Assembly: GCA_950097015.1 (NCBI GenBank)
Contig: CATNEN010000007.1
Coordinates: forward strand, 9,858,001 to 9,922,000
Length of the DNA: 64,000 nucleotides
Reading direction: 5' to 3'
Source of the DNA: Macrostomum hystrix
Lineage: Eukaryota > Animalia > Platyhelminthes
Shown: positions 23,614-36,312 of the stretch, piece after piece
How the letters are laid out: each line of letters opens with the position of its first letter
Numbering within the stretch: position 1 is the first letter of the stretch
The notes under the pieces: generated by a model
Databases searched by the model: none
Seen by the model: only the letters and a program-made list of their open reading frames with translations
Told to the model about the DNA's origin: nothing
Program-made: the position numbers and the translations under genes

Positions 23614-26600
23614 TTAGTAGCAAATCCCGCTCAGTACTGCACAACCAGTTCGTCTGCAGCCTCCGACATCCGGTGTGGTCTCGCAAGGTCGTCCACGCAG
23701 CCAAAGTTGACGCGATGTTCGCTCGTTACGGGGGGTTGTGCAGCTATCGTCTGCGGTGCGTGCAGCTTCGTCTGGGATGTGGCACCTGGCGATTCTCCTG
23801 TAAAAGTTGGATTGGCAGAGTGTGAGCGTCCCCATGGCTCCCAGCCACTCCGCATCCCGGACCAACTCACTGGTGTGAATTCTGGCGTGCGTGCGCAGGT
23901 TGCACAGCAGCGAAAATTTCTTCGTACAGTCCGGGCACTGAAAGCGCCGCTCACCTGAAATTCGGACAAGCAAAAGCTGAGCAATGGAACCGATTGATTG
24001 ATTTGGTAAAAATTTGACTCAATAAAATCGAAACCACTACAGAAGCAGCTAGCACGCATTAGCCTGAATTGAAGGCCGAGTTTTCCAATGGACAAGAAGA
24101 TTCAGACAGTAAATCGCTATGAATCCTCACCCCGGTGCAACTGCTCGTGGTTGCGCAGGTTTGTCTGCTTGCTGAAGCCGCGGCCGCAGTGCGCGCACTT
24201 GAACGGCCATCGGCCGCTGTGCACATAGGCGTGGCTGCGCAGGTCACCTGGCGTCGGGAAGCCCTTGCCGCACTGGCCACAGCGGTGCGGCTTCTCCTGG
24301 CTGTGCGTCATGCGGTGATAGTACAGGTTGGAGCTGGCCGTAAACCGCTTGCCGCAGACGCTGCATGCGTGCGGCCGCTCCCCAGAGTGAATGCGCCGAT
24401 GCGTGTTCAGCGAGGACGACGTGCTAAAAGCCTTGCCGCAGGTGTCGCAGGAGAACGGCTTCTCACCTGGTTAATGTTGTACGAGTTCGTAGTTCGATTG
24501 GACTGAAGCACTGAGGATTTAGCTCATTCATTTATGGCGTTTGTTAAACACCCCACAGCTCGTCCGGTTCCTACGGGCGGGCGATCCTCGTCCCAGAGGA
24601 AGCACGCTGCAACCGGCAATGACCGGCTCCCTTGACGGCCGCTACTTATACTTTTGATAGGCTATACAAGGGTCTCAGGGGTTGCTAGCGGATCTGGTGG
24701 CCGTCCCTCTGTTGAGAGCTCCATCACAGCATGACCTTAATCACTCAGCATTACCCTGCCAGACAAAAGTAGGGATTGGAGACTCACATAGTCCCTCTGT
24801 TGAGAGCTCCATCACAGCATGACCTTAATCACTCAGCATTACCCTGCCAGACAAAAGTAGGGATTGGAGACTCACATAGTCCCGTTGTTTTGGACATGAG
24901 ACAGTCCAAGAGCTGTTGAGCTTGTCGAAATTTTGTCTTGCGGCGAGTTTTAAGAAGGAACTTCTACGCTAACCATATTGCTTTCAGTAGTGATCTAATT
25001 GTTTGTCCTTATATCAAATATAACATTTTGGAAGGATCTGACACGGTCAGCACCAACGCGCACAGCTGCAACATCGCCTGCGCCGGTCGCTGATTCAGCA
25101 AGCTGTTCGGCTAGCAAAATTGGATTTCATTTTGAGGAATTTAACCCATTTCAGATAGGCAATGGATAGCGAACGCTTGCTACAGAAGAATACAGAATAC
25201 AGAAGACAGAGAAACACTGGCGAGGGCGCTGCGGCAAGCTGCACCATACCGTGCCAGCGACCCACCCGGCCCGTGCGATGCAGTCCGCTACGTGGCGCGG
25301 CACTTGTTGTTGCAAAGCCATGTGTTCAACAGGTGACGGTCGCTCAGTTCTGTCCCGCTCCTAACGCACCCTGTTCCTCTTCTTCCCACTCGTTGGGGAG
25401 ATCGCCAGCCAGTTCAGCCACTTCACGCGCCCACTGAGAGGACCCTTGAGACTCGGTGGCCCCTGACATCGCTGGTTTGCTCTGCGCTGCAGCTCTGAGC
25501 TTTACGGGACTTCCAGAGCTCATTCTGAGTACCACCGTTGCCACTGCAGATCCCGCGGGCTGTGCGTGCGCGCCAAGGCTCACCGTGGAACAATTGCTGC
25601 CCCTGAAGCCACACTCCGGCCTCCCATGGGTGCGAGTTTGGAAAGGAATCTTGTAGGTTGTAAATTTTGTTAGGCGAAGACCCAAGTAAGTTTTTCTTTC
25701 TGACACATTCAAGACATGAAACTCGCGCGACATCCTAAATTTCCATGCAGTTTCAATGTGATGGTGCCTTAAACTGGGAATGTTTTCAGGAAAAAGCAGC
25801 TACCATGGAAATAGTATGAGATACCATGGGGATAGCGGAAGCTGTCGAGGGAGAACATGAGATATCGAGGGAATGGCAGCACATATTTTATCTTCTCCAT
25901 TTTCGAGCGTGCTCGAGCTGTCGCCCATGGCACCGGGCATCAGGGGACGCCCGTCTCACCGAGAAGGCCCAGCACAGCAACACCGCCGCGGGCTCCGGGC
26001 TAGGGCCCCCAAAAGGCGGCAGCGGTGAAGAGTAAGGACGTGGCAGTCGATGAGTCAGGTGGGTCAGTTGAGTCAGGTGGGTCAGTTGAGTCAGGTGGGT
26101 CAGTTGAGTCAGGTGGGTCAGTTGAGTCAGTTGAGTCAGGTGGGTCAGTTGAGTCAGGTGAGTCAGGTGGGTCAGTTGAGTCAGGTGGGTCAGTTGAGTC
26201 AGTTGAGTCAGGTGGGTCAGTTGAGTCAGGTGGGTCAGTTGAGTCAGTTGAGTCAGGTGGGTCAGTTGAGTCAGGTGAGTCAGGTGGGTCAGTTGAGTCA
26301 GGTGGGTCAGTTGAGTCAGGTGGGTCAGTTAAGTCAGTTGAGTCAGGTGGGTCAGTTAAGTCAGGTGAGTCAGGTGGGTCAGTTGAGTCAGGTGGGTCAG
26401 TTAAGTCAGTTGAGTCAGGTGGGTCAGTTAAGTCAGTTGAGTCAGGTGGGTCAGTTAAGTCAGTTGAGTCAGGTGGGTCAGTTGAGTCAGGTGAGTCAAG
26501 TGAACAGTCAGGACGGATAGCATGATTAATCGAGAGAATAGCGCTAGAATGTAGGGAATGGCATAAGATGGCGAGATGATAAACTCATATTTAATGGGTA

Positions 26601-28985
26601 TTGTAGGGTGGATACCAGGGCACGCCGGTTTCCCTGGTAACGAGCTTGCTGACCACCTGGCCAAGCAGGGAGGAGCCAGCTCTGCGCCGGGCCCCTCCCC
26701 CCCGGCTCCGATTCCGAGCACCGTCATTTATCGTCAGATTAATGATTGGACCGCCAACCTCCATCTTACCCGGTGGAGAAGCACCACTAACTGCCGCCAA
26801 TCCAAAGCGGCAGTTCCAGTGCCATCCGCTCGGCTCCGGAAGGTCCTTCTGAACCAGACCCGGAAGGACATCCGGGCCCTCACCATGACCCTCACGGGCC
26901 ATGGCTGCTACGCCAGACACTGTTTCCTCCGTGGAGACCTCCGGAGTGAGCTGTGCCCTTTCTGCAACCTTGAGGACGAGGATGCCCTGCACTTCGTCTG
27001 CCACTGCCCTTTCTTCACCAGAGAGAGGCTCAATCACCTCGGACCAAACCCATCAATGGACGATGTTTGCAGATCCGAGAACATCCCGCGGCTCGTCCGG
27101 TTCCTAAGGGCTACCAGACGAGCCTCTTTCTTCCCCAGCGAGGAACAAGCTGCAGGAAGGACCGAACACGGACCTCCCTGACTGGCCCCGCGCCATCGGT
27201 CGATTGCGGGTCTTTCAGGGATTAGCGGAATGGGCGACTCCCGCCTCCCCGCTGCGTCCGTCGGACCGCCCTGCAGATAAGTCAAGTAAGTCAAGGGTAT
27301 TGTAGGGAGGGTGAGTGACAGAGCGGTCTAACGCGTTTGCCTCTCGCACCAAGGTCCCTGAGTTCGATTCCGTGCCGATACCACATTCATTTGGGGCGCA
27401 GCCGCGGAGAGAAGGCTTGGGGGCTTGTCGTGAGCCTTTACGCCCTTGAGGGCCAACCTCCAAGGCACAGTGAGTGTGTACACCGGCTGACGATGAGAAA
27501 GTCAGGGCAGGTGTACACACCTATTTGAGCGTGTGCCTGCGTGCGGTATCTGTGTGCGTATGTGCTCAAGAGTAAGCGAAATGGACAGAATTGCCTCCTC
27601 GCTGGCTGCGGGTCTAGTGTCACCAAACGATGTGCCATTGCCCGCAGCCCTCGTGCAATTATAATAATAATATAATGATGGGTCTTGTATAAGACATAGG
27701 AGTATTTTTTGCTATTTCATCATGCTTATACGTCAGTTATTTCCTCCACATTCGAGACTTGTAAATATCAATAGTCATTAATCCACAATACTTAATGCAT
27801 TGCATGCTGCTTTTAGTTGTAGGATTGTTTTCAATGCCTTTGATGCTAGACACCCCGAAATCGTCATTACGGAATGATCAAATGACCAGTTCTGATTTCT
27901 ACGAGCTTTAGTATTTACCTGTGTGCGTCCGCATGTGCCGACCAAGCAGAGACGGCCGGTCGAAGGCCTTCGCACAGACACCACACGGCAGCATCTGTCT
28001 TCGCTTTCCTGACGTGGGCGGAGAATCCGGTGGCTGATCATCTCCGGGCCTGCGATAGATTGTCAGAGCTTCTTTATCACTGGGCTCCCGAATCGGAGAG
28101 GCCGCGTCAATCAGCAGGCAGAGCGGCTCGCCTGGCACCAGCGGACGTAGGACCTCGTAGACCACGGAATCGCCAGTGCCACGCGGCGCCAGATTCGCCT
28201 CGGTGGGGATGGCCGACAGGCAGCAGAGGCGCGGCCAGGTGCAATGCCAGACCAGGTGGCCGTCGGTGTCCGCCCGCTCCCAGCGCTGCTCGCTGTTCTG
28301 ACTCACTGGTTGCTTCTGGGAACAGCAACCAGTGGAATCCTGCGGATGCCATTGTTTTGAGCAGCTGCTACACATTGGAACTGCAGCTGTTCTCCTCACT
28401 TGCTACTGTTGTTGTTGTCGCCGGCCATAACCAGATCCCCCCCAGACAATGGGCCAAGCGAACATCCCGGAAGCAACGAGGCACAGCCGGGTGTTACTCT
28501 CCCTCCCAACTTAGCAGAAGCCCCCGGGACTGCCGCATCAGCGCCAGAAAAAGGCACACCAGAAGCGGCAGCGATAAAGACTGTTATACATGAAGATCGC
28601 TTGTAAATAGAAAAATGTGTCACATTTCATATAAGCACAAGATTATGACCAGAGTTACAGAAAGATTGGAAAATGTGTCAGTTACTACATCGTGCAAATA
28701 TGACTATTAATATAGTAATATTACTAGTGCTATTAGTATAATTACTGTTATTAAGGTTAGAGAAAGGGCCCTCACAGCAGAGTTGGTCTCGGCTTCTCCC
28801 CAGCAGGGCTGCGGCGCTTGTCCCGGTGCCAGCAATGTCGAACACGTCGATCCCTGGCGAGGCAGGAATCGAGCCCCGGCCTCCAGCCTACGGCGGGCCA
28901 GCACCAGCGGCGGCGCTCCCGACCTGCTGGCGTTCAGGCAGAAGGCGTGCGGCAGCACTACCCGGAGTTCGCACATGTCGCACAA
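23614..28985 (-). CDS. PRDM-like transcription factor: degenerate PR/SET domain plus six C2H2 zinc fingers (model exons 28985-28776, 28315-27919, 24466-24131, 23954-23614)
   Basis: Phase-compatible GT-AG junctions join [23 protein letters not shown]|[28 protein letters not shown]...NHEQLHRG|[27 protein letters not shown]-terminal [25 protein letters not shown] and [22 protein letters not shown] resemble PR-domain motifs. The 5' exon boundaries are less certain than the finger exons. Confidence 0.8.
24703..24878. repeat. Perfect 88-bp tandem duplication (intronic)
   Basis: GTCCCTCTGTTGAGAGC...GAGACTCACATA occurs twice. Confidence 0.9.
26051..26498. repeat. Minisatellite of 9-bp units (TGAGTCAGG/TGGGTCAGT/TGAGTCAGT)
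   Basis: Direct tandem repeat; roughly 25 TGAGTCA heptamers by eye count. Confidence 0.95.
26609..27294 (+). mobile_element. 5'-truncated non-LTR retrotransposon (RNase H C-terminus plus CCHC knuckle; R1/LOA-like) with 13-bp TSD
   Basis: [19 protein letters not shown] (RNase H) and [19 protein letters not shown]; (TAAGTCAAG)2 tail; TSD GGGTATTGTAGGG at 26596-26608 and 27295-27307. Confidence 0.9.
27308..27680 (+). mobile_element. tRNA-derived SINE
   Basis: A-box-like TGACAGAGCGG, B-box GAGTTCGATTCC, internal hairpin GTGTGTACACC..GGTGTACACAC, (ATA)n tail. Confidence 0.65.
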
Positions 28986-29847
28986 GGTTTCGGCCCCTCT
29001 AATTTCCGTCTGGACTGCGTCCCATGTGAGCCGTTTATAAACCCTGTACGAAGAGCGCTGTGGGCGACAGCATTTTCAAGTGTAAAAAAGTTTCTTCAAG
29101 GGTTCCACTTGCAGTATGGCGGGCTGAAGGAGAAGCAGGCTAAATAGATCACGCGGCACTTCAATTCCCATTGGCTGTAACTGAGATACCTGCAGTTTTT
29201 TTCTGCAGAATATTGTCGGCTCATTTTGCTTCACATATTCAACAAAGAAAACTTGTCTAATAGCGCTTTGAAAAAGCCCCGACGCGTGGGTCTTGGAGCC
29301 AATTTGCTGGTCGGCGCGAATTTGCGCGCGAAAAGGCAGTTTTTGCAAGCTGCTTCTGCGGCACTCGGGAGGCGATCTGAATTGGAATCATTTTCTCTTG
29401 GTTAAGGCTCCCCAGAGTCGATGGGTAAATTACGGCTGACTTATCATTCTATGAAGACATAGTGAGACCGGAGCCCGGAAATACAAAAGCCAAGTTGCGC
29501 AGCAGGACTAAATTAGTGCCAGAGGCATGAAAACGATTCGATCCTTCACTGCGCGCCTCCGAGGCAGCCGCAGTTTCTTTTGCTGCATTCAACGGGTCTC
29601 AGGAGCCGTTGCCGTTGTCTGGACAAAGATCGAATCTAGTCCTGCAGAGGCTGCGCCAGAGAGCTTTCTCAGATTGCATCATTTGCGTACGTTACAAGGC
29701 GTACTCGTTTGTTCAGGCGCAATATGCAAGGCGCAAATTTAACTAACCCAGGTGTGCATATCAAAATAAATGAAAAAAATAAACGCTTCAAAAGTTCTTC
29801 CCAATGTCCTCACCTATCCTCTGCGATTTTGAATATTTTTATTTAGA

Positions 29848-30910
29848 CGGGGTATAGGCTAGTCATTAGAGCGTCGGACTCACGACTTAAAGGCCGACTC
29901 TACTGAAACGATTTATAACAAGACACTTACTTAACTCTGCATGCATTGCTTGAGTTCACCCAGCTGTTAATTGGGTACCAGCATCAGCTGGGGTAATTCA
30001 GGGTAGGTGTGGCGCCGCCCAAGTCCATGGAATGAACAGCCATACGCAGCCTTTAGATTCGCCACACAAAAGCTGCGGCTGTGCTGTGGCGCGGTTGCAC
30101 ATCTGGCCCAATTGGCGTACGAGCTAGCTGTATAATCAAATTTTAATTATCATTTAAAGATCAAATTTTCCGTAGATGCATAAGTCTTCTAGCCTCAGAA
30201 TCCAACAGTCAGCCAAACTTTTCGGTAAGTGTCCCTTAATTTTAACCGATCGTAAATTAACCATAATTTTAATTTTATAGCCATAACCATAACCATAACC
30301 ATAATTATACATAATAATTCTAAAATATTATTTTGTTCAACATATGGCACTTGTAGGTATACTACAGTGGTCCTTGGTTCGAATCCCAGCCTTAGGAAAT
30401 CAATTTGCGTCCTTGGACAAGACGCTTAATTCCGTTTGATCAATTTGCTTCGCAGTTCACATCTGTAAATTGTGTACACATGTACCATCTGGGGTAGAAA
30501 TCCCCAGTCAACAGACCAAACAGCTGTCTGCGAAGCCTTGGAAACGCCACGCATAGCTGTGGCTGTGCCACTAATAATAAGGCGAATTCAATCTGAGAGT
30601 TTTTATATCATTTGTGAAATTATGCTGTATATGTAGCATGCAACACAATACACGAATGGTGGTTGTGCTCTTTTAGAGCACAGAGAAAATCACAGAGCAC
30701 AGGTAAGTTCTGTGGAGAGAAAAGTGAGCATTGCATTATGTCCTTGAGCAAGACACTTTATTTCACACATTGCTCAGTTCAGATGGATCCCAGCATTAGC
30801 TGGGTCATCATAAATTTTGTGGGTGTGTCACCTCAGTCCTTGGACTGGGCAGTTGTATTCAGCCTTGGATTCGCCAACGCAATGGCTGCGGCAGCTATAC
30901 ATTTGGCCGA
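29848..30910 (+). mobile_element. Cluster of three decayed copies of one SINE family (~29848-30150, ~30365-30580, ~30735-30910)
   Basis: Shared CAAGAC(A/G)CTT core, CAGCTG/CTGGGGTA segment and CCTTGGATTCGCCA..GCTGCGGC 3' segment; B-box GGTTCGAATCCC in copy 2. Confidence 0.55.
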
Positions 30911-31728
30911 AATAAGTTACGTACAATTTTTACTTATATTTTTTATTTAACTATCACAAATAATATCAAGTAAAAGTTGGCAATAAATTACAGTATTACA
31001 AGTATTTTGACAGATTTTTTGTTTTAATTTGATGTTATTTGCTCTTTCCTTTTTCTCATTGCACGTGGTGGTTGGCGCACGTATCTTTCAAACTCTTTTC
31101 AGCCGTATAGGGCCTAATCTACGCACAAGATGCAACGGTTGTTCGAAAAGTTAGGCCCCTATATGTTTAGCTAGGACTAGTTTAAACCAAAAGTATATAT
31201 AAGAGTCGACTTATTGCTTGAAGTAGTATTTTTTTCATTCTCTGTTGCTCTGTTACATTTTTTATTTCCAGATAGCTATGCAGCTATAACGTATTAGACA
31301 GTATTTATTACGCCGCTAGGTTCCTAATACATGAATTGATATATTAATAGGATCATGTTATTACTTAATAAGTCATGCATCTCTTGACCTAAGGACAAGC
31401 TGTATTTGTTTAAGCATTAGCTAAAGCAATTCAAGCCACTCATTTTTATCAACAAGGACAATCGCTTTTAAATTCAGATAAGGCATTTAATTTTCTTCTA
31501 AACGTTGCTTGTAATTTAAGACACTACACTTGCCTTGCCCCTAGACCTATAATTTCATGTTGGTTATAGGGGTCTAGTTAAGTCAAGATAGCCTTTTCTA
31601 TAGTTCTACTAGGCAGCTAGTGACAAAATTCTGAAAAAATCAATTTATTACATAAAAATCCAGTGATTCGTTTTCTTATAGTAGGCCTACTTCTATTAAT
31701 AACATTTACTCATAAAAGCTGAGTACTG

Positions 31729-34700
31729 ATGGATGTCCAAGGGCCATACAAGGCAACAAAGCTGGTAAGTTAGCCATTTTTTTTACTTTTTTAACATTTT
31801 AGCTTCAACTATCCAGAATTATTTAGCTAATCTTATATCATACATGTGCAACCTCCCAAATCTTAGCCGGCTGTGTGACTTATTTTTTGTTCTATTTACC
31901 ACTTAGTTTGCTCTCATTTGCTCTCTTTTTCTCTCCCCTTTTTCCTTTTCTTCACGCCTTCCTTTTTTGTCCCTTGGTGCCCCCTTTGATTTTTTGCGCT
32001 TGGTCAATTGGTTTTTGTGACTTACCTTGCTTGGCCCTCGTTTCACCTGGCTGGGTCGGCCGGGTGTTGCGCATGTATGATCTTATATTATAATTTTTTA
32101 CAGTATAGCTTAGACAAAAACTCTTTATTTAAATGAATTAAATAAGCTTTGTTGTAAAATATGAAGTTAAAGTATTTTTAGCTAACTAGCTATTGCTAGC
32201 TATAAAAAATAACTAAGCACTGGGATTTTTACCTTAAGGATGCTGTGATTGTGGCATCCAGATATTTAGACGCAACATAATATCATAACTTTAGAAAAAC
32301 AGTGTTTGTGTAATACTAAACCATTATAATTGTCATATAAACAAATATATAATTTTAATTGTCATATAAGAAAATTATATGAATATGATGTATATTTTAA
32401 TTATTAATTATGTTGACTTAACTTTTAACAAAAGTTTTTATTAATCAAATGCTAATTTATTTACATAAAAATTGGTTATTGTAATTTCTGAATTTTCAGA
32501 AAGCTACCTAGACTTTGTGGCATAGGCTTTGTTTACTATTATATTTTCACAATTACTTGGGTACCAACAATAGACATTAAATTAATTCTCTTATAAATAA
32601 ATATCATCATGGGGCTTCCATTCTTTCAACTAAAAAACAAGTTTTAGAATTCTGATACTATGAGGCCTTAAAATGTTGCTGACTTTAAAGCATTAATTTT
32701 CAATTGAATAAGCCACAATCCAACCTTAGGACTGGCAGTGGTCTAGAAATTGCCGGAATATTGCAGTAGCTTTCTGGTAATTAGTAGCCATTATTTTAAG
32801 TTCTATCTTAGTACTATTTTTTGTTTTTTAGTGTGTTTTTTTTCTGTTAACCCATGTGTCATTTGGGGGAAATAAACTAATTTTGTTCTATAAAACATGT
32901 TATGACAAAGTACACAATAATATTAAAACAATAAAACTGAAAATGGGAAGTCCTTAAGTAAAAAGAAAATTCTAGACTTACAATCCAAATTTAATTGCTG
33001 TCCGGGCTGAAATTGAGAAGTGAAGTAATAACTGCTGCAGGCCCAAATCCTGTTGGATTTCTTTTAACCTGTAAAACCCAGTCATTTATTTTCTCGGCCT
33101 GACAACCCTTAACCAATTCGCAGTGGAATGACATCATTCGCACCTTCCGAACGTCGATGCCAGTCGGCCGTCACCGCAAGGGCGTCCGTATCTATGACAA
33201 CTGCTTCCAGGCCTCGGACGCTGTGGACTGGCTGCAGCTGCACCTGAGCAAGAACCCCAGCTTCGGCAGCGACGTCGGCCGGCACCAGGTTGTGCAGCTG
33301 CTGGGCAAGTTTCACAAGAGCGGCGTGTTTCATGATGTGCGCAGCGGAGGTGCAGGAGATTGTGGCAGCGCGGCCAGCAAGTACGACGCCGAGCCGTTCG
33401 AGGATAGCTCCAGCCGGCTTTTCAAGTTCAGCCTGGTGGAGACCACATTGTCACCTCTGAGCGCACACCAGCCAATCACTGCTATGGGTGAGTCTGCGGC
33501 ATATTGGCCCAGATTCAAGCAGAATTTCAGAGGAAAATCTAAATATAATTGAAAGGAATTATATTGAAATCGAAGTGATTGGTTGACTTTTTCGATGGCA
33601 CTATGGCTACATAAATGAATTTTGTGGATCCATCATTAAGATATAATTTATATTATATATAAGCCTACCGAAATTCCAAAAATGGTTTAGTTGCAATAAA
33701 TTTTGAAAACATGTTCTCACATTCAGGCTCATTTTCACAACTTTTTGACAAAAAAGGAATTCTAATTTTCAAAGCAAGAACCTTTCGAGAATTTTAATTC
33801 TCGCGTAGGAAAGTTTACAGCCCATACCAAGTGGCAACACTGTTCCAATCCCTCCGCTCTCCATCACTAACTAGAGCGATCTGTCGGTCGACGCAGCCTC
33901 CGTGCTGGTCCCAGCTGGTCCGGCAGAAAGTCCTCCAGCCTCTCGGCTTCATCGTCTGGCGCCATGTGCGCCACTCCGGTTAGGCGGATGCCGCAGCCAC
34001 GGGAATCTTCGCACCAGCAGCAGAAGCAGCCTCAGCTGAGATCCACTGATCGCCGCAGCGAAAAGGCGTTAGCCGAGGACGACCTGACCTACATCTGGCT
34101 GGACTCTGCGCTGACTCGAATCCGCGAGCTGCTGGAGCTGCGCTCGGTGGACGCTCTCACCGACACCCGGCTGCTCCGCGCCGAGTTCGTCCGGGACAAC
34201 CTGACCGCCGCCGGCCTAGCCGAGCCGGCCGACACCCTGCCGGCCTGGGTGGCCAACGCCGTGCGCTGCCTGGCCCGCTGGCCGGATAGCGGTCTACCCA
34301 GCCTGCCCAGCTACGACGGCTTCGAGCTGGACATCTTCGCCGCCCTGTGCGAGTTTTTTGAAGGTGAAGCCCCAGCTGCTTCTGAATTTGTTGAGTGCTT
34401 TCCCGCCAATTCCTCCCCTCTTCCATATCCTCAGCCAATGCCTCCACTCTTCCATATCCTCAGCCAATTCCTCCAATCTTCCATATCCTCAGCCAATGCC
34501 TCCACTCTTCCATATCCTCAGCCAATGCCTCCACTCTTCCATATCCTCAGCCAATTCCTCCACTCTTCCATATCCTCAGCCAATGCCTCCACTCTTCCAT
34601 ATCCTCAGCCAATTCCTCCACTCTTCCATATCCTCAGCCAATTCCTCCACTTTTCCAGATCCTCAGCCAATTCCTCCACTCTTCCATATCCTCAGCCAAT

Positions 34701-36312
34701 TCCTCCACTCTTCCATATCCTCAGCCAATGCCTCTGCTCTCTCAGATTTATATTCCAGGTGATTACTCCCTGAACCGCCCACCTCCTCCATGAGCAGGCC
34801 GTGACCCGGATCCACTGGTGCCGTGCGAGCTGCGCGACCTTTTCGTCAACGTGCTCGCCCTGGCAGACAATCTGGCCGGTGAGCGAGCTGCCCGCGACGC
34901 CGCCGCTCGTCGCAGGCAGCGAAGGCGACTTCGCCGGCATCAGCAGCGTGACTGTCGCCTCGGAGGCCGCGGCCTGGACAGCCTGGGCAGCCTGGCAATG
35001 ACCAGCAGCTGCGCTGAGATCATGCGTCAGCTTGCTGCACCTCCGGCTGCCGCAGAAGCAGACGGAAGCATTATGGGAGCTGGCTGCAGCGCCGACACGG
35101 AGCTGTCACTTCTGCACCAGCCTCGCTGTCGCCGACCGCGAGTCTGCCACAGCGACTGTGAGTTTGACGATATCGACGACGAAGACGATGTAGACGATCC
35201 GGCGGCTGCTGAAGATGCCAACGTCGGCGGTAGCCGCCTTCGCCGCCTCCGACGCTCGCCGCTTCGTCGCAGTGCGGCCTCCGAAGCGGATGGATTAGGC
35301 GACGACTTTCTGCGCGACGATTTCGGCGCCGCTGCCGCTTCCGACGGCTTCTGTGGCGACATTCACCCCATTGACGGCGACAGCCTGCTGGCTTCCGGCC
35401 TCCAGCTCGCTACGCTGTTCCTGCCGCCTAACCGGCGCCGCCGCCTGCACCAGCTTCTGCGGGCCATGCACAAACTGAGCGCCAATCAGCGCCTGCGGCT
35501 GGACCCCCTGCTGCCCACCCCGCATGTGGTGAGTGAACCCCGTGGCATTGACAACCTTCATACTGTTCAGCAAAAATTGCCAGATTCGATAAATAACAAT
35601 TTCATCATCCTCTTATCCACAGGTACTGCACTCTCTGGCTGCATGCGTCCTGCGCCGTCCAGATGAAGGTCGTCAGTCCCAGCAGCCGCCGGACGTGTTT
35701 GCGCTGCAGCTGGTGTCCTTTATGACCGATCATTATTCGGTGATCTTCCGGCCGCCTGCGGATCTGCGCGACTGCGTGGAGGCCCGGCTGGCTGCGGTGC
35801 GGGACCTGCAGCTGGTAAATATGGTCATGCGGGCTAATTCAGATTTGTTTGAATGATCTCTGATGACCACACTTATCCAAGTGAGCACACACAGCTCATC
35901 CCGCATCGTATCTACCGCGCAGTCTCGCCAGGCCAGCTCAGCGGCTGCTGCATCGGCTTCCGCCAGCTCCGCTGACCCGTCTCCCCCAGCTGCGCCGACC
36001 TGGCGCCAGCAGCAGCAGCAGCAGCAGTACTGCAGCCGCATCCCAGCCGAGCAGTTCTCCCTGTCCGGCCGGCTGGCCTCAGACCAGGCGCTGCTGGACC
36101 TGTTGGAGGGCCTGATGTCAGACGAGAACCTGCCGGCCAGGGAGAAGCGCCGCAAGCTGCGTCTGTTCAAGGAGTCGCACCCGCACGTGTACGCGGCCCG
36201 CTTCCCCGACCCTGAAGTTGAGCGTTCGGTGCTGGACAGCCTCCGCGGCCCGCCAGCGGCGCCGGGCCTTCTGAGCCGTACCCTCGCTGCGCTGAAGAAC
36301 TGGCGCCTCTAG
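31729..36312 (+). CDS. DEPDC1: DEP domain-containing protein 1 (DEP plus RhoGAP-like); exons 31729-31764, 33124-33487, 33875-34363, 34798-35528, 35623-35814, ~35923-36312
   Basis: MDVQGPYKATKL|WNDIIRTFRTSMPVGRHR..NCFQASDAVDWL matches the DEPDC1 N-terminus. PLVPCELRDLFVNVL, LFLPPNRRRRLHQLLRAM, LVSFMTDHY and EKRRKLRLFKESHPHVYAARFP match its C-terminal part. All junctions are GT-AG and phase-consistent. Confidence 0.9.
34410..34735. repeat. 29-bp intronic minisatellite (CCTCCACTCTTCCATATCCTCAGCCAATG)n
   Basis: Direct tandem repeat within DEPDC1 intron 3. Confidence 0.95.

Noticed and set aside
25162-25733. GC-rich ORFs inside the large PRDM-like intron
   Set aside because: No recognisable domain, and the flanking exons already join precisely within the TGEKP linker.
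27470-27525. Hammerhead ribozyme (CTGACGA...GAAA)
   Set aside because: CTGAC pairs with GTCAG inside a simple hairpin, and I could not build stem II or the three-way junction. It is better explained as SINE internal structure.
34364-34797. Repeat-encoded extension of the DEPDC1 exon (PYPQPMPPLFHILSQ...)
   Set aside because: Lies between a donor at 34364 and an acceptor at 34797 whose splicing restores DEPDC1 homology; intronic 29-bp minisatellite.
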